A stretch of 64,000 bases of DNA from Raja brachyura (lineage: Eukaryota). The notes beneath the pieces are model-generated. The model made no database searches. It was not told the origin of the DNA and was given only the letters and a program-made list of their open reading frames with translations. Each line of letters begins with the position of its first letter. The stretch's first letter is position 1. The translations under genes and the position numbers were made by a program. Shown here piece after piece: positions 40,316 to 54,299 of the stretch. The stretch covers positions 37,882,001 through 37,946,000 of the forward strand of contig OY740790.1 of assembly GCA_963514005.1 (NCBI GenBank), written 5' to 3'.

Positions 40316-43212
40316 TATAATTAACTATAATGATTTATATCTGTATCGTAGATTTGAATGTGTCATGTGCATCTGGGATGACATTTAAAACATTTTGATT
40401 GTGTTTTTGGGAAATGGTCTTCTCCATACTTACTAAGCATTGCACATTAAAATTTTAAAATCTGAAATGAAATGCATTTAAAGTTAAACCCCACTGTATC
40501 TAACTTAATTTGCAGCGCTTTTCGGGGGAAAAAAAAGAAGTGGGATTTGGATTCATGTCATTGACATTTCTACTCCCTTGGCAAACTTCATTTTTATTTC
40601 TTCTGCAGTATCGAGGGTTATATTTCTCTTGCACTTTTCTGGGGGAGGCATTCATACAAGCCGAAGCTAGTTAAACCTTAATGGGTTGGGATTTTTTCCC
40701 CCATTTCTTAGAAGCTTCAGCTAACATCTGAGAATAGACTCTTTGTATTCAGATGCCCTTCTAACAAGACGCTCATTGTCTTAAGCCTTTGCCAGGAGAA
40801 CGCGAGCCACTGCACAGCCTTTATTGTGCAGACTCTGATTGTATTTGAACTTGATGAGGGCTGCATTTGAATTGTAGTCAGACAGTTCATCTGTAGTTTT
40901 GCATAGGCTGAGAACTAGCCAGAAATTGCCATGTTTGTCTAATTACCTCTTTAGATAAGATGAGGTGGCGGGGAAATTGCAGGGAAGGGGTGGTGGGCGG
41001 AGGTTGTGGGGGTGAGGGTGAGTGTAATTGTTAATAGTTGGAAAGAAGATGATAGTGAGGAGGGAGACTTAATTGAACTTTATCGTATGGTATAACAAAC
41101 AATGTGACTGGATTACTATGGGAACTTATTGACTTATATTCTGATCAGAACCTTGCATCATAGAACAATGTGTAGCTGGAATGTGGAATACAGTATGGGG
41201 TATCTATTCTCCCATCATTTATTCCTCGAGCGATTCCTCTACCACTCCCCCCACCCCATGCAATTAAAAATATTAAGACCACATTGAATAAATATAGAAA
41301 ACATTTTACAAAATTCTTTGTTAATTTAATGAATGCAAATTGATAACATGCATATATTGGAGCTTGGCTGGTTGCAGGGTGTGCTGTGCAGTCTTTGAAT
41401 ATTATTTTAATCTCTCTGTTATCCGTGTACCCTAACATTTTGGCAAAATATCACCTCCTGTATGTGACATCAGTTGATATCCCAAGAAGAGTCAGCGGCA
41501 ATGGAACTGCTAGTACTTCTCATTCTTGTGTAGGACTCGGGGGCAGAGACATGACGGCCTGTATGAGGGACACAGAATGGTGGGGGAGATGAGATGAAGA
41601 GGGGAGATGGATGATCAACTTATTAAGGTTGCAGCAACAGTGTGTCATTCAGTTTTGATTAACTCCTTCAAGCCTCTTGATGTGGGTAAAGTGCCAGTGT
41701 TTTGTTCTTGTAAACTACCAGTAGCACATGAATTTGGAACTGCAAAGGACAATGCATTTGGTTTTAAATATGAAAACTTAACTTAAATTGGCACTGTATT
41801 TTCAAATAAAAATTGCTCCATCAATATAACTACCACTACCACAGACAGACTGACTATGCATTTTAAGTTGCGGTTACTGAATTTGAGCATAAATTGTCCA
41901 CTTGATTTGATTCTCTGTGTAATAATGTTATCAGTTTAAGATGTGACTGAGTATTCTACATTAAATAAATTACACTGAAATTTTACCTGCCATTCCATTG
42001 TCATAGTTCAATTCAAAATATAAGAAGCAATCATGAGGAAAGCTTAAAAATCTACATAAACAAAAATTAAGAATTATGTTTTTATATATAGAATTAAAAT
42101 ATTTTTGAAGCTTGCATTGAAAGTTAATTTATCATTATTGTTAAAAGCACACGTTATAGAAATCAAATAAAATCTTAGTTTCTCAAATGAACTTAATTTC
42201 ATCAAAGAAAGGGAGATATCCATAATTGTAAGCATTAGGAAAATGCCAATCCTAAGTTTAAATCAAAGAATCAAGCTGAGGCTTTTAGAGGCTCCATCTG
42301 TTAAGACAGGAGCAACATTGATTGTGAGGTGCTTTTTAACTTCTTGCAGTGAACGAAAACAGGATCATGATGCAGTCCGAATCCTGATTTGTTTAGCATT
42401 GTACGTGCTTAAAAAGCAGCACTTGGGCAGATGGAACTGCTAAATTCCTTGTCCTTTGATTTAGAGTTGGGCAGATACTTCTACATGTACAGCTTGATGG
42501 TTGCAGTCAGAACAATCAATACACTGTAAAACACAATTAACAGAAGAAATGTAAAAGAGCCTCTACATGGTCGGTAATGCACAACACGCGGAGACTTGGA
42601 CCTGAAAAGATGCCTTGGCATCCCACAATGCAACGCAGTGCCCGCAGCTGGTGGCATTTGGGAAGAGAGCATTGGTACATTGTGTTTCATGTACTCCAAA
42701 AGACTTCAAAATTAAGGATTACTTTACGGATTTGCAAAAGGCTGAATGAGCAACACTCAAGTCCATTATTAGCATTAACTCTTTCTCACCTACGGTTAGG
42801 ATTTATTCTTAAAATTGAGATTACCAGAAATAATTTCATACATTCCCACTAGAATTTTCAGCATTATTGTTAAAGATTTCCCATGAATTTAGTTTCTGAA
42901 TTTACCCAAGGATATCTGAAAACATGTAATGTTTCACTGTTTGGAGAGCAAAAAAATAATTTTGGAGAAATGAAGTGACTGATTTGGCATTGATCCTCTT
43001 CCATTTATGCTACTTTCTGATTTAAGAATACAATAATAATAATAATGTGTCAGTAGGGAAATAGGCCCATCATGGCTGCTGCTTTATTTATTAAGACTAT
43101 AGATAATCTTTTACCTCAAAGCCATGTTCCTACACTAACCTCCTATTAGTTGATTCCATTAATAAATAAAACAATATACATTGATGGCGACACAGTGGAG
43201 CAATGGGTAGTG

Positions 43213-44144
43213 CAGAGTTTATTGTCATGTGTCCCTGATAGGACAATGAAATTCTTTCTTTGCATAGCACAACAGAACATAGTAGGCATTGACTACAATT
43301 ATATACGTAAATACACACATGAATTAATAAATTAATAAAGTGCAAATAACAAGATGGAGGGATATCAATGTTCAGAGTTTTGTCCGAGCCAAGTTTAATA
43401 GCCTGATGGCTGTGGGGAAGTAGCTATTCCTGAACCGGGTCGTTGCAGTCCTCAGGCTCCTGTACCTTCTACCCGAAGGTAGCAGGGAGATGAGTGCGTG
43501 GCCAGGGTGGTGGGGGTCCTTGATGATGCTGCGAGCCTTTTTGAGGCAGCGACTGTGGTAGATCCCCTCGATGGAAGGAAGGTCAGAGCCGATGATGGAC
43601 TGGGCAGTGTTTACTACTTTTTGTAGTCTTTTCCTCTCCAGGGCACTCAAGTTGCCGAACGATGCAACCGGTCAGCAAGCTCTCTACTGTGCACCTGTAG
43701 AAGTTAGAGAGAGTCCTCCTTGACAGACCAACTCTCCGTAATTTTCTCAGGAAATAGATGAGCTTTCTTAATAATTGCATCTGTGTTCTCCGACCAGGAA
43801 AGATCTTCACAGATGTGCACGCCCACGAATTTGAAGCTCTTGACCCTTTCAACCATCGACCCGTTGATATACACAGGACTGTGGGTCCCCATCTTACTCC
43901 TTCCAAAGTCTACAATCAGTTCCTTGGTTTTGCTGGTTTTGAGCGCCAGGTTTTGTGTTGGCACCATATGAACAGTTGCTCGATCTCTCTTCTATACTCT
44001 GACTCATCCCCATCAGTGATACGTCCCACAACAGTGGTGTCGTCAGCGAACATGATGATGGAGTTCGCACTATGACCGGCTACGCAGTCATGAGTATAGA
44101 GTGAGTACAGCAGGGGGCTGAGCACGCAGCCTTGAGGTGCTCCC
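43213..44144 (-). mobile_element. 5'-truncated Rex1/Babar-type LINE
   Basis: GAPQGCVLSPLLYSLYTHDC, MFADDTTVVGRI, KTKELIVDF, NFYRCTVESLLTGCI, LLPSGRRYRS in frameshifted ORFs; AATAAA on the minus strand near 43220. Confidence 0.85.
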
Positions 44145-44360
44145 TCACCACTGAGTTTCGCCAGCATTTTTGTCCACCTCCTATCTTTCTGTTGTGTTTT
44201 AAGACACTGCATATAAGACACTGCTTTCAAGTTGATCTGTATCACTTTCAGTCTTTGATAACATTTTTAAACATTATTATCGGTTCCCTAAAGGAGACTT
44301 ATCCACCAGATCATCAATAATCCTTTCTCATTAAAATATTAAATCCAACATGGCCAACTT

Positions 44361-44613
44361 CAGCAACTCGTATTTCACTTGGGCAGCTTACACCCGAGCG
44401 GTATGAATATTGTCTTCTCTAACTTTGTAACTCTTGCTTTCCTACTTTCTCCATCTCCCCCTCCCTCCCCCCCTCTCCTTCCCAGTTCCCCGATCAGTCC
44501 GACTGTCCCTCTGATTACATTGTATCTCTATTTGTTTTGTTGTCACCTCATCTAGCTGACTACATTCTCCTTGATCTGCATTTAGTTTGATCTCTTCTAC
44601 TTTCTTATCTCCA
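44361..44613 (+). mobile_element. Penelope 3' fragment (end of GIY-YIG endonuclease ORF plus pyrimidine-rich 3' region)
   Basis: Translates QQLVFHLGSLHPSGMNIVFSNF, resembling the LG(S/T)LxPxG(L/M)N C-terminal motif of Penelope endonucleases. Confidence 0.6.
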
Positions 44614-44616
44614 TAA

Positions 44617-45255
44617 AGGGCCTATCCCACTGCGGGGCCATCATTTGTGAGTTTAAAAGAGTTTGTGCTCGACTCAAACTCGAAGCATGGTCGACACATG
44701 GTCCTAGGAGGTCTATGTAACTCTCCTTCATGCTCGAGAGAAGTTCCCGCATACTCGAGGCTTCAATTTGGTCGAGGAGTATTTTTCAACATGCTGAAAA
44801 TTGTTCGCGTGTAAAAATTGGTTGGCATGGAAAAAATCTATATATTTGTTTACTCGTAGGTTTAGTCGAAGTAGGTCGTAGTAGGACGGCATGTTATTCC
44901 TAGGTAATCAAATGCAATTGAAGGTAATCGAAGGTAGTCAAAGGGAATCAAAGGTAGTCTAAGGTAGTCGTATATAGTGTTAGTGTAGTCGAAAGTGGTT
45001 GTCTTCACTCTCCACTATTCGGTGTCCAATTTTCCCGAAGCTAGCCGAAGTCTTCAACATAGTCAAAGGAGATCGAAGGAGGTCTTCTACATAGTCGAAG
45101 GAGGTCTTCTACATATTCGTAGGAGGTTCTCTACATAGTCGAAGGAGGTCGTAGGCGGTGTTCTACTTCGGCGATACAACAAGACCATGACATTTTTTTA
45201 AACTCCTAAACTCTTCTAAACTCGCAAATTAGGTCCCCGCAGTGGGACAGGCCCT
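44617..45255. mobile_element. Non-autonomous PIF/Harbinger-type MITE (639 bp)
   Basis: TIRs AGGGCCTATCCCACTGCGGGG / CCCCGCAGTGGGACAGGCCCT extending ~45 bp imperfectly; flanked by TAA and TTA; internal tandem repeats. Confidence 0.8.
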
Positions 45256-45588
45256 TTACTCTTTCTTCCTGGTCACCGAATCTGTCTCTCTCCTTGGCCA
45301 CCTGCTTGCAATCTTGATACTCTATTTGAATCTGATGTTCTAACAACATGTCTCTGCTATCTCCAACACTTTCTACTTTAGTAACATCTTATTCTGCCTC
45401 TTTTCAGTCCCTTCTGCCTTATCATTATCATTACACAAATTTTACAATTCCACTTCCAGTAACCTTCCCATCTTACATGCTTCAAAACTCTTTCAAATCT
45501 CTTCGGTTTATACCTAACCTGCATGTTTTCATTCATTTTCAACATTTTCAACGAACCTATGCTCACTAACTTGGCTCATCAGAAGAAC

Positions 45589-45793
45589 TGTTAAAGAAGA
45601 AACTGCAGATGCTGGAGAATCGAGGGTTACACAAAAAGCTGGAGAAACTCAGCGGGTGCAGCAGCATCTAAGGAGCGAAGGAGATAGGCGACGCCTCGGA
45701 TCGAAGGGTCTCGACACGAGGCGTCGCCTATCTCCTTCGCTCCTTAGATGCTGCTGCACCCGCTGAGTTTCTCCAGCTTTTTGTGTAACCCTC
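45589..45793. mobile_element. Young Penelope pLTR fold-back insertion with 14-bp direct repeats
   Basis: Perfect 77-bp arms 45622-45698 and 45717-45793, 18-nt spacer; ctcatcagaagaac at 45575-45588 and 45791-45804. Confidence 0.85.
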
Positions 45794-47029
45794 ATCAGAA
45801 GAACCATGTCTCAGTTATATCTGGATAAAGTCTGATACTTTTTCACTTTCCCCTCCCATTTTCTGTAAATAACCTACACTTCTCCCGCCCGTCCACTGGT
45901 CCTATGATCTTTGCAAAACCTGCGCTCCCACATTACAGCTAGTACCATATACTCATATTATATTAAAATAGTATTATTTACAGAATATTTACATACAATA
46001 GGTACTTGTATTTATTAATTAATTTATGGCTTCAATTTTGAATAATTATGATGTCAACTGTTCCAAATGCATGATCTTAAAATCTGACTTTATCAACTTC
46101 AATGAAACCAAATGTTGAGAGGGGAGAGCAGTAAATGGCCATGACAACAGTGCTTATTTAGCATGAGGCAAATTTCCATACATAGGCCAAACATTTAAAT
46201 GCTTCATTTTTCTTTCAACACTCTGTATCTGAAAATCAAATGCAACCAATTCCGAGTTGAAATGCACCACTTCACGAATCCAGCAGGAGACTTTCAGTTG
46301 TGATGCACCCTTCACAACTGAAGCGATTTCTGTTTCTATTGCACATGGTACAATTCCATTTGCAATGCCCAACTACTTATAGGGCATTGTGGGTTAACAA
46401 AGATTAAGATTTTCTCATTGCTGCACTTTCCCAGGACATTTGGATCTTCCGAACATAGAGCTAAATTGGGACCGCACTGAAATGTCCCTCACTTGCCTTT
46501 GATAATTCATACACTCTTTCCCTCATCCACTTTCTCCACCAGCCTCTAACATATACACACATAACCAATTATGGACAATTTAACCCCATCGGTAATCTCC
46601 AAAATACCATTTTAGATTAATTGCCTGTGAAGGAGATTCCAAACCCTACCCTTCAGTCCCAGAATCTACTCACTCCTCCCGAAAGCCTTTTCCACCCATT
46701 GTGTGACTTACCTAACATAGGCCTGATGGCAAGTCATGGCCGTTAGCCTATAGTCGGCATTTATTTCCCTCTCAAAACTTCCTCTTCTGGTATTTGTCTC
46801 TAGTCCCAGATACCACACAGACATCTGATCACTGGGACTGTTTCTGGAAATGGTGAAACCTGCACAAACTCGATGGATTGCACCCAACCAGAACAGCTAC
46901 AGCATCTTTGTGGGATGGGGGTGGGGTTGAATTTGCTGGTTCTTTTGGCAGAAGAATAGGACACGGAATAGCACCACATTAGAGAGTGAGGAACGGCTAA
47001 ATATAGAAGGAAACAAACTCAGTCCAGAA

Positions 47030-47350
47030 GTCAGACCATACATTCACTTGATAAGGCACATGGAAGGAATGCAAGGCTGAATTGCATCTATTTTAATGCA
47101 AGAAAATCTGTCAAGTAAAGCAAATGAATGGAGGGCGTTGATTTATACATTGGAATATGATATTCTTGCTATAATGGATACTTGTTTTACAGTTCTATAG
47201 TACTGGCAACTCAAGATTCTCAGGTATTGAATTTACAAGTGTGATTGGAAAGGGAAATGTGAAAGAGCAGGCAGCACTGGAACATAAATTAAGATGCCCA
47301 TTAGTGCAGTAGAGAAGGGGAATATCCCAAAAGATTCTTCAAACGAGGCC
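47030..47350 (+). mobile_element. CR1 APE-endonuclease remnant
   Basis: ctgaattgcatctattttaatgcaaga (LNCIYFNAR) and tatgatattcttgctata (YDILAI) motifs. Confidence 0.5.
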
Positions 47351-47929
47351 ATGCCTCCAGAATCCAGTTTCTTTCTGAGTAACGCTCAACCTCCCTCGTT
47401 TTACAAAATATTCACAGCGTTGCATTTTGGAGTACAAAATTACAAAACAGTATTATTTGTATTGGAAATATTGTAAACTGGATTTTGTAATTATTACATT
47501 TCAATTTTTTGATTTGTTAACTTGGAACTGTTTACTTTCATGCCTTTCAATGGTTTATATTATAAATGTGATTAGTTCTTTCAGCAACAGATTTAGGAAA
47601 ACTGTACTCTAGGTGAAAATGGCTTTGCATGGTATGCAAGGGCTTCAATAAAGCTTTGTCTTAATAACCATTACTGAATGAAGCCTTGGGGTCCTTGGGA
47701 TTCACGTGTAAGAATGGACAGGTTGAATATTTTGTCCAAAAGCTGGGATCTCTAACTGTGATGAGTTGAAGTAGTGGCCTGTTTAATTCTCAGGAGTGGA
47801 TCCTAACCATTAGACATTTGTCATTGGTTGCATGTGCAACACATATTGATTAGGTTTACCACATGTTAATTGCATATTGAATTCCACTCAAAATTTGATT
47901 CTTCTAAAGTCAGTGGAATACCCTCTTTG

Positions 47930-48060
47930 TAGAAACAAGGAACCGGAGATGTTGATTTACCAAGGAAATACACAAAATGCTGGAGTAACTCAGCAGGTTA
48001 GGCAGCATCCCTGGAGAGCATGAATAGATGATATTTCAGGTCTGAACCTTTCTTCAGACC
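47930..48060 (-). mobile_element. Penelope pLTR copy (CpG-decayed)
   Basis: acacaaaatgctggagtaactcagcagg...ttcaggtctgaacctttcttcagac, reverse complement of the family consensus. Confidence 0.7.
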
Positions 48061-51000
48061 CAGAATATCCTCTTTGGTTTGGTTGAGAGAGTGTTACCAT
48101 GAGAGCACCCGGGTAAATGACCTCAGTTATTTAGTTAAAAAAAAGTGAAGCCTTGGTTAATGCTATGTTAAGGTCTTTGTTCTGTGATTAGTCATATTCT
48201 GGTTGCAGATAACCTTGCAATGTATCTGTAGGTTTCTATTTCTGAGGGGATGCAACAACTTATTTTCAAATCATGTTCGCTAGGCAGCATTTGCATAGCA
48301 CCTGATTGTTTTTAAAATATGTTTACAGATACTAGAAGAGCAGCTGATGGATAGATGCCAAATATAATTTTAAATAGGAAATGTTGGCTGGATTTAGAAT
48401 AAAACTTCCAGCTCACAATGATGAGTAAAATTGTTGACATGCCATCATATCTCATGCCTTTATGTTTTGAAGCAAATAGGACATATGGTGGCCTTCTGTT
48501 GTATAGTTTCATTCTTGTGCATTTCCATTTTGCTTTTGAGTTTAATAATTAATTATATTTTTGCATATTTTTTTCATGATATTTGAAAACAATTTTCTGT
48601 TACCCCTTTATTGACATATTGTGGTAATATATCATGTATGGGGATATTTCCATGTAAAAAGAGAACAGTCCCCTCTTAAGCTGCCTAGAACAAAAGGGAT
48701 ACAATAGTTATAAATATTTCAGAATTGTTGACGAGCTATTTGGACAGAAAATAAAAGGAACTGAACACATTACACTGGACAGCTGCAGCAGTCTGTGGGG
48801 AAAGTTGGTACAGATGGTAGAAAAAGTGGTAAAATAAAGTGCCTTATGGCTGCTGAATACAAAAAAGAGAGCGAGGTTCATTGGTCGGACGTAAGAAATT
48901 TGTTCCCCTGGGAGAGTTTCAATACTCGTTGGGCCAAATTAAGGAAAATATTGCAAAAGATGGCAGTCGTGTTGATTTATTTTTATAAAAAAAACGCTGG
49001 AGATTCATTAGTTAATATTTATTCATTAAAATCCAAGACAATGATAATAGTTTCCTAATGAGGATTATAATAATAATTTTCACATTATTGTTTTTACATG
49101 TGTTTATATGTCAGAGAAAGGGAGAAAAGTAGAGATGATACTGATGCAGCACCTACTTTATTTTGTGTGGATTATGTAATAGCACAGTTTAGGTCCCGTA
49201 CTGTTTAGACAGTCCTGCAGAAAAACATATCTCTTATTTCCTTTTTTTATTGAACTAAGTTTCAGACTTGGTCATCTTAATAATCAGATTTAGGTGCTAT
49301 ACATTTATTTATTTGGAATAGTAATCAACTATCTTTAATGTGTTCTCCATTTAAGCTAAAGGTACCATAGAATACTAATAGTAATTGTAATAATTTGCAA
49401 CTTTTTTACCAGTTATTTCCAATGTGGGGGAGGCTTCATTCTATTATTTTACCATTCAATATATGGACAGAGTGAAACAGAGAACCAGGAGGACATGGGA
49501 CTAAAGTTATATGTGAGTGGAATTAAAAAGTACTGTTTATACTCTATGATCCACAGTACTTAAAAAAAAAAAAAAAGCTGTTTGTTTATCAGGGCCTACA
49601 TCACCATCTTTTCATCAATATTTAAAATCCATTCTAGTCCTTTATCAGACCGTACTTTATGATTGACAATATGCTGGCACCTTTGTAAGACCTAAATATT
49701 TACAAAGGAAGTTAAATGTTCTGTGCATATTATACATGATGAGAAGGCTTCAGGTACATTTAAAACAATCAAATACTGGATGTCTGATAAAAAACAAGAA
49801 CCATATGTAGACATTTTCAAGTTATACAAACCCTTCAATTTGTATTTCAAGTATGTATCTGTTCAGATTCCCACTGCTCTGCACATAACATTTCTTTTGG
49901 AGAAATGATTTAGTCACCAGTGGTGCAAGTAACTAGTATTAATTGAGGGTGTTCCAGGAGATGCATGAATCTAAGTTACAGAAAGATGCTTAGGACACCT
50001 TCCAAAAATGTCCTTCTTTCTAATTATATTAAATTCCTGACTGACTGGCCCATACACACTGGAGGGAATTTCTTGTAAACTTTGCATTGTTTTTTTTTAA
50101 ATAATAGGGCTTCACATCTAAAGCTTGCTCTTGCTTCCTCTTTTTCCTCAGATTCTTCAACTGTAGCCTTTTCAACCAATGTGGTATCCCATTCTAGTTT
50201 ATGAATGAACCAAAATTGCATTTATAAGTGTGCATATTTTATCCTCCTGCTGTTCTGAAATCACCCAACTCATTTGCCCTGGTTTGAAATTGGAACTGAG
50301 TGTTGCTGACCAGAGCCGAAACACAGTTATTCGTTAGTTGAGCCAAGTGCCAGAAAGAGTTATGGATCCCGAACTGAAGGGTTCAGTAGAACGGATGGTG
50401 CATCAGTGTCTTAATGACTAATGTGAGGTGAAGGTAGGCCTACTTTACTTGCCAGTACATCAATTTATATTTATTAGACAGTTGGGAAATAATCTGAAAA
50501 CATTATATCAATTCTGCTCAATGAAGGGAAAGACTTTCAGAAATAAAGAAAAAAAGTAAAATCCTGGAAGAGTGAATAAGTTTAGAATGAATAAGGTTTT
50601 TCCCTCACCCATCCTCAGCAGTAATTGAAGTAACTTCCCAAGAACACTGGGACAATCAGGGAAATCACAAAAATAAAACAGTTGAATGGGAAAAAAATGA
50701 CGAGTCAATTACACTTTGGAGCAAATATACTAGTCAAAAGAGACGGTGTTTCTGTTATGATTATTTTACAGTGCTGTAGAATACGTTAACTATTATTTTT
50801 CTGTTCATACTTCCTGGCAGTTGTGATTTAAAGGAGTTCATTACATTTTGTGTAAGAAAAGATTGTGTATTATACTGTGTGAACCTGACGTGAAATTATG
50901 CTGTTTGTTCTTGACTCCCACTACAATTAGGATAACACTGTTAAGTATCTCTTCCAGATATTGCAAGCCAGGTAATAAATTGAGTTGAAGTGATATTCAT

Positions 51001-53619
51001 TCTCGAGACGTTGCTTTCTATTTTTCTAAAAGGGAGTTATTGAGCAGAAAATTGTACCATGACAACTAGAATAAATAATTTAAAAGACTTAAAACTCTGC
51101 ACTGTTTATACAGCAAGATGTTTTGGCACATAAGGAAAATATGTAAGGTAGATTGAGCAGAGGGGTGCTACCTAAATTATCCTTGCTGAGGTCACAACAG
51201 ATGTAGTGTATCATGCAAGTGTTTTCTCAGTATCAATATGCTGTTCTATTGTGGGTAATGCAGTGTAATCAGATCAATACAACATTCTTTTTATCTGCAA
51301 AAAAAAAAAAGTCCTGAATGGGGAGTCAAAATGCCCCTGGAGATGGGTTTTCCCAGTTGTCCACAACCCCCCCTCCTCTCGCTTTCTCACCCCCACCAAT
51401 GAAAACCGTGTTAGAAATTCAAGCCCTCAGCATAATTGCACTGGATTTTCAAAGAGGTGGCTTTGCATTGCTGGGTCTCTAGAAACTGAGAGAATACTAC
51501 TGTATGTGACTGGACTAATTGGTGAATTTGTCTAGTAAAATGCTCCACATCCCACAATAGGTGAGAATTCAGTCTGTCCTTCTTTTGGTTCTAAGTGAAC
51601 AATCACTTTTCTTCAGGCTAATTAAAGTGCTTGCAGATTAGTCGAGCAAAGACAAACTTGAGCCTACTTTTCATTGCAGGGATTGAGAGGAAATGTATAA
51701 ACGAGCCCTGCTAGTTGCGGATAGTGGTCTGTATAAGAATGTAATTAATTTTGAAAATTATTAAATGTCATAAAACTTAAATGTCTGTTTTTTTTGTGCT
51801 CTTAATTGGATGATTAATACTAGACTTTTTTCCCTGTGCACAGTCCCTCTTTCCAGATGGCAAATGGTAGGTCCCAACCCTCTTTGTACACAAAGAGGTC
51901 ATGGTTCAAAGTCAAAGATACAGAGATACCACAATAATCAATCATTGGAACTTGCCTGCTTGCTGTGACCAGCCAGGCAAAATTGAGTCTCTTGTTAGCA
52001 ACAAAACTACAGGAGGGCTTGTGTGTTTTTCCTTGCACGTTTTAAAGAGAAAGTGAGAAGGGGGACCCCCTTCTACATTTTACAGTAATAATTTATAGTT
52101 GAAAATTGTGAGGAGAGCATTTGGTTTCCATCACTATACAGAATGGCAGTTAAAATGACATTCTTTGCAAGTCTTCAGTAGATAGCTTCTCATTTCACTC
52201 TGCGCAGCGTGCTGTTACTCTGAGCTGCTTTACTAATTAAATTCAATTGCTATCCATTAGACTGATGGAATGAGAAGAATCTACAATGCAGCTGACTCAG
52301 TGCAGGTCTAAGTGACCAGATACAAGCTTCACTGTACTGCTACCAATTCATTTTGATACAGCTATCGTCATGCAGTACTCTTGCCCTAGGCTTCAAAACA
52401 AAAATAGCGGCAATTCCGATACCTTTTACTCTTTATACCGCATAATTTAGTAATTCTTTGATGCATAAACAATTTTATGCCCTATGCATGAAATCTCTTA
52501 TCATTATTAAATCTATTTTTCCGCACAGGTTATTGTAAGTGGTTTTTTTTTCAGAATAACTTTTGTTGATTTTATGGTGCTGTTCACCTCATTGGAGTTC
52601 ACTATGGGGTGACCTTCTCCATCCCATTCCTGTTCAAAGGTACAAATATACATAAAGACTATATAAATATAAATGAAGACCACATTTCCACACGAGAGCA
52701 GAAAATAATATCAGTGGGTGAGTGTTGGCAACTCTTGGAATTGCCCATTTGACCACCCAAGATTGATTTTGACAAAGATATGGTGAGAAATGGCCTGCCT
52801 ATGGCAATGGATGTTCATTAGAGCAGGAAGCAGTTCTGATGAAAGGTGATCAACCTGAAACGCTGACCCTTTCTTTTCTCACAGTTGTGATCTGGGCTGC
52901 CAAATATTGAAAGCTGGGTGATATAGTAAAATTATTGCTATTACAAGATAGTTTGGATTTAAAACCTATTTCAAGTGAACCTGTCTTGTCTCCACAAGAG
53001 CGGAATAACCTCCAGGCACATCATTAATGCCAGAAGGAAGAGGCCAGTAGGAAGGTTAATAACTTGAACTTGGATCCCAAGAGATGGCTGCAGTGCCAGG
53101 AATTTTCAGCAGCCTCATGATAAGAATCTGGCCTCCAATAACAACTTTTCTCTTTACCCCTGCATTTTCTGCAGGTTCCCCTTGCAATACACAAGTCCAT
53201 TGCTTCGCCTTAAGGGAATTATTCAAAAACATTTCACAATGCTTCTGTTTGCTGCACTGCAGTCTCGTATTTAGAGACCCTCATTTCCTCACCATGCAGA
53301 GTGTTTAAACTCTACTGGTGTATTTTCTAAAACGTCAGGCAGGAGTTGGTAAAATAAGAATGCTGAACCCATCTGTATACCCTATCCCCTCTGGGGGATG
53401 ATATGGTGATTAGGGGTAAATTCATCGGCATGGTATGTGGGAATGCTGGCAAAAAATGGCACAAAGGGTTTCCTTGGATTTATCCACTTTTAGATATGTA
53501 CCATCTCCTAGCAATCACATATACATGACTACAAAATTTCAGAAGTCAAGCCAATCAATTATAGAGATAGGCAATATAGAGCAGGAGAAGCAGTTTAAAA
53601 AAAACAACACATTTTAAAA

Positions 53620-54275
53620 ACAGTGCTGGAGTAACTCAGCAGGTCAGGCAGCATCTGTGGAGAATATGGATAGGTGATGTTTTGGGTCGGGACCCTTCTT
53701 CAGACTGGTTCTGTGGTGGGGGGTGGGAGCAGAGAAAGCTGGAAGAGTTGAGGGGCAGGACAAAGGCTGGCAGGTAATAGGTTGATACAGCTGATGGAGC
53801 TCAGAGAACAGAGTTGAGCAATTTCCCTCTACTGACGTTCTCCTCCACCTGGCACAGCTTGTCCTCACACCCCACAAATTCTCCTTTGATTGCTCTCACT
53901 TTCTCCAAGTTAAAAAGTGTAGCCATGGGCACTTGCATGGGCCCCAGCTATTCCTACCTTTTTGTTGGTTACATTGATCAGTTCTTGTTCCAAATGTACA
54001 CTAGAACCATACCCTAACATTTTCTCTGCTGCTTTAATGACTGTAATGAGGCTGTCTCCTCAGGCTGCCTGCATCCTTTGCAAGAGGCAGGGTGGGAGGA
54101 AGTATAGTTCAGATAACTGTGGGAGTCGATAAGTTTGTAGTAGACGTCAGTCGATAGTCTGTCTCCTGTGATGGGGACAGAAAGATCAAGAAAGGGGAGA
54201 GAGGTGTCAGAGATGGTCCAAGTGAAATTGAGGGCAGTGTGTATGTTAAGGGTAACGTAATCAACTGGTTACATC
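53620..54275. mobile_element. Rearranged Penelope-like element: pLTR (-), RT fragment (+), RT C-terminal fragment (-)
   Basis: + strand ~53915-54000 reads VAMGTCMGPSYSYLFVGYIDQ; - strand 54071-54238 reads TALNFTWTISDTSLPFLDLSVPITGDRLSTDVYYKLIDSHSYLNYTSSHPASCK, both typical of Penelope RT; adjacent to a pLTR copy at 53620-53705. Confidence 0.8.
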
Positions 54276-54299
54276 CTCTTTCTTGATCACTATGCATTC

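Noticed and set aside
45050-45150. CRISPR-like repeat array
   Set aside because: Contiguous tandem units without unique spacers, inside a MITE, in eukaryotic DNA.
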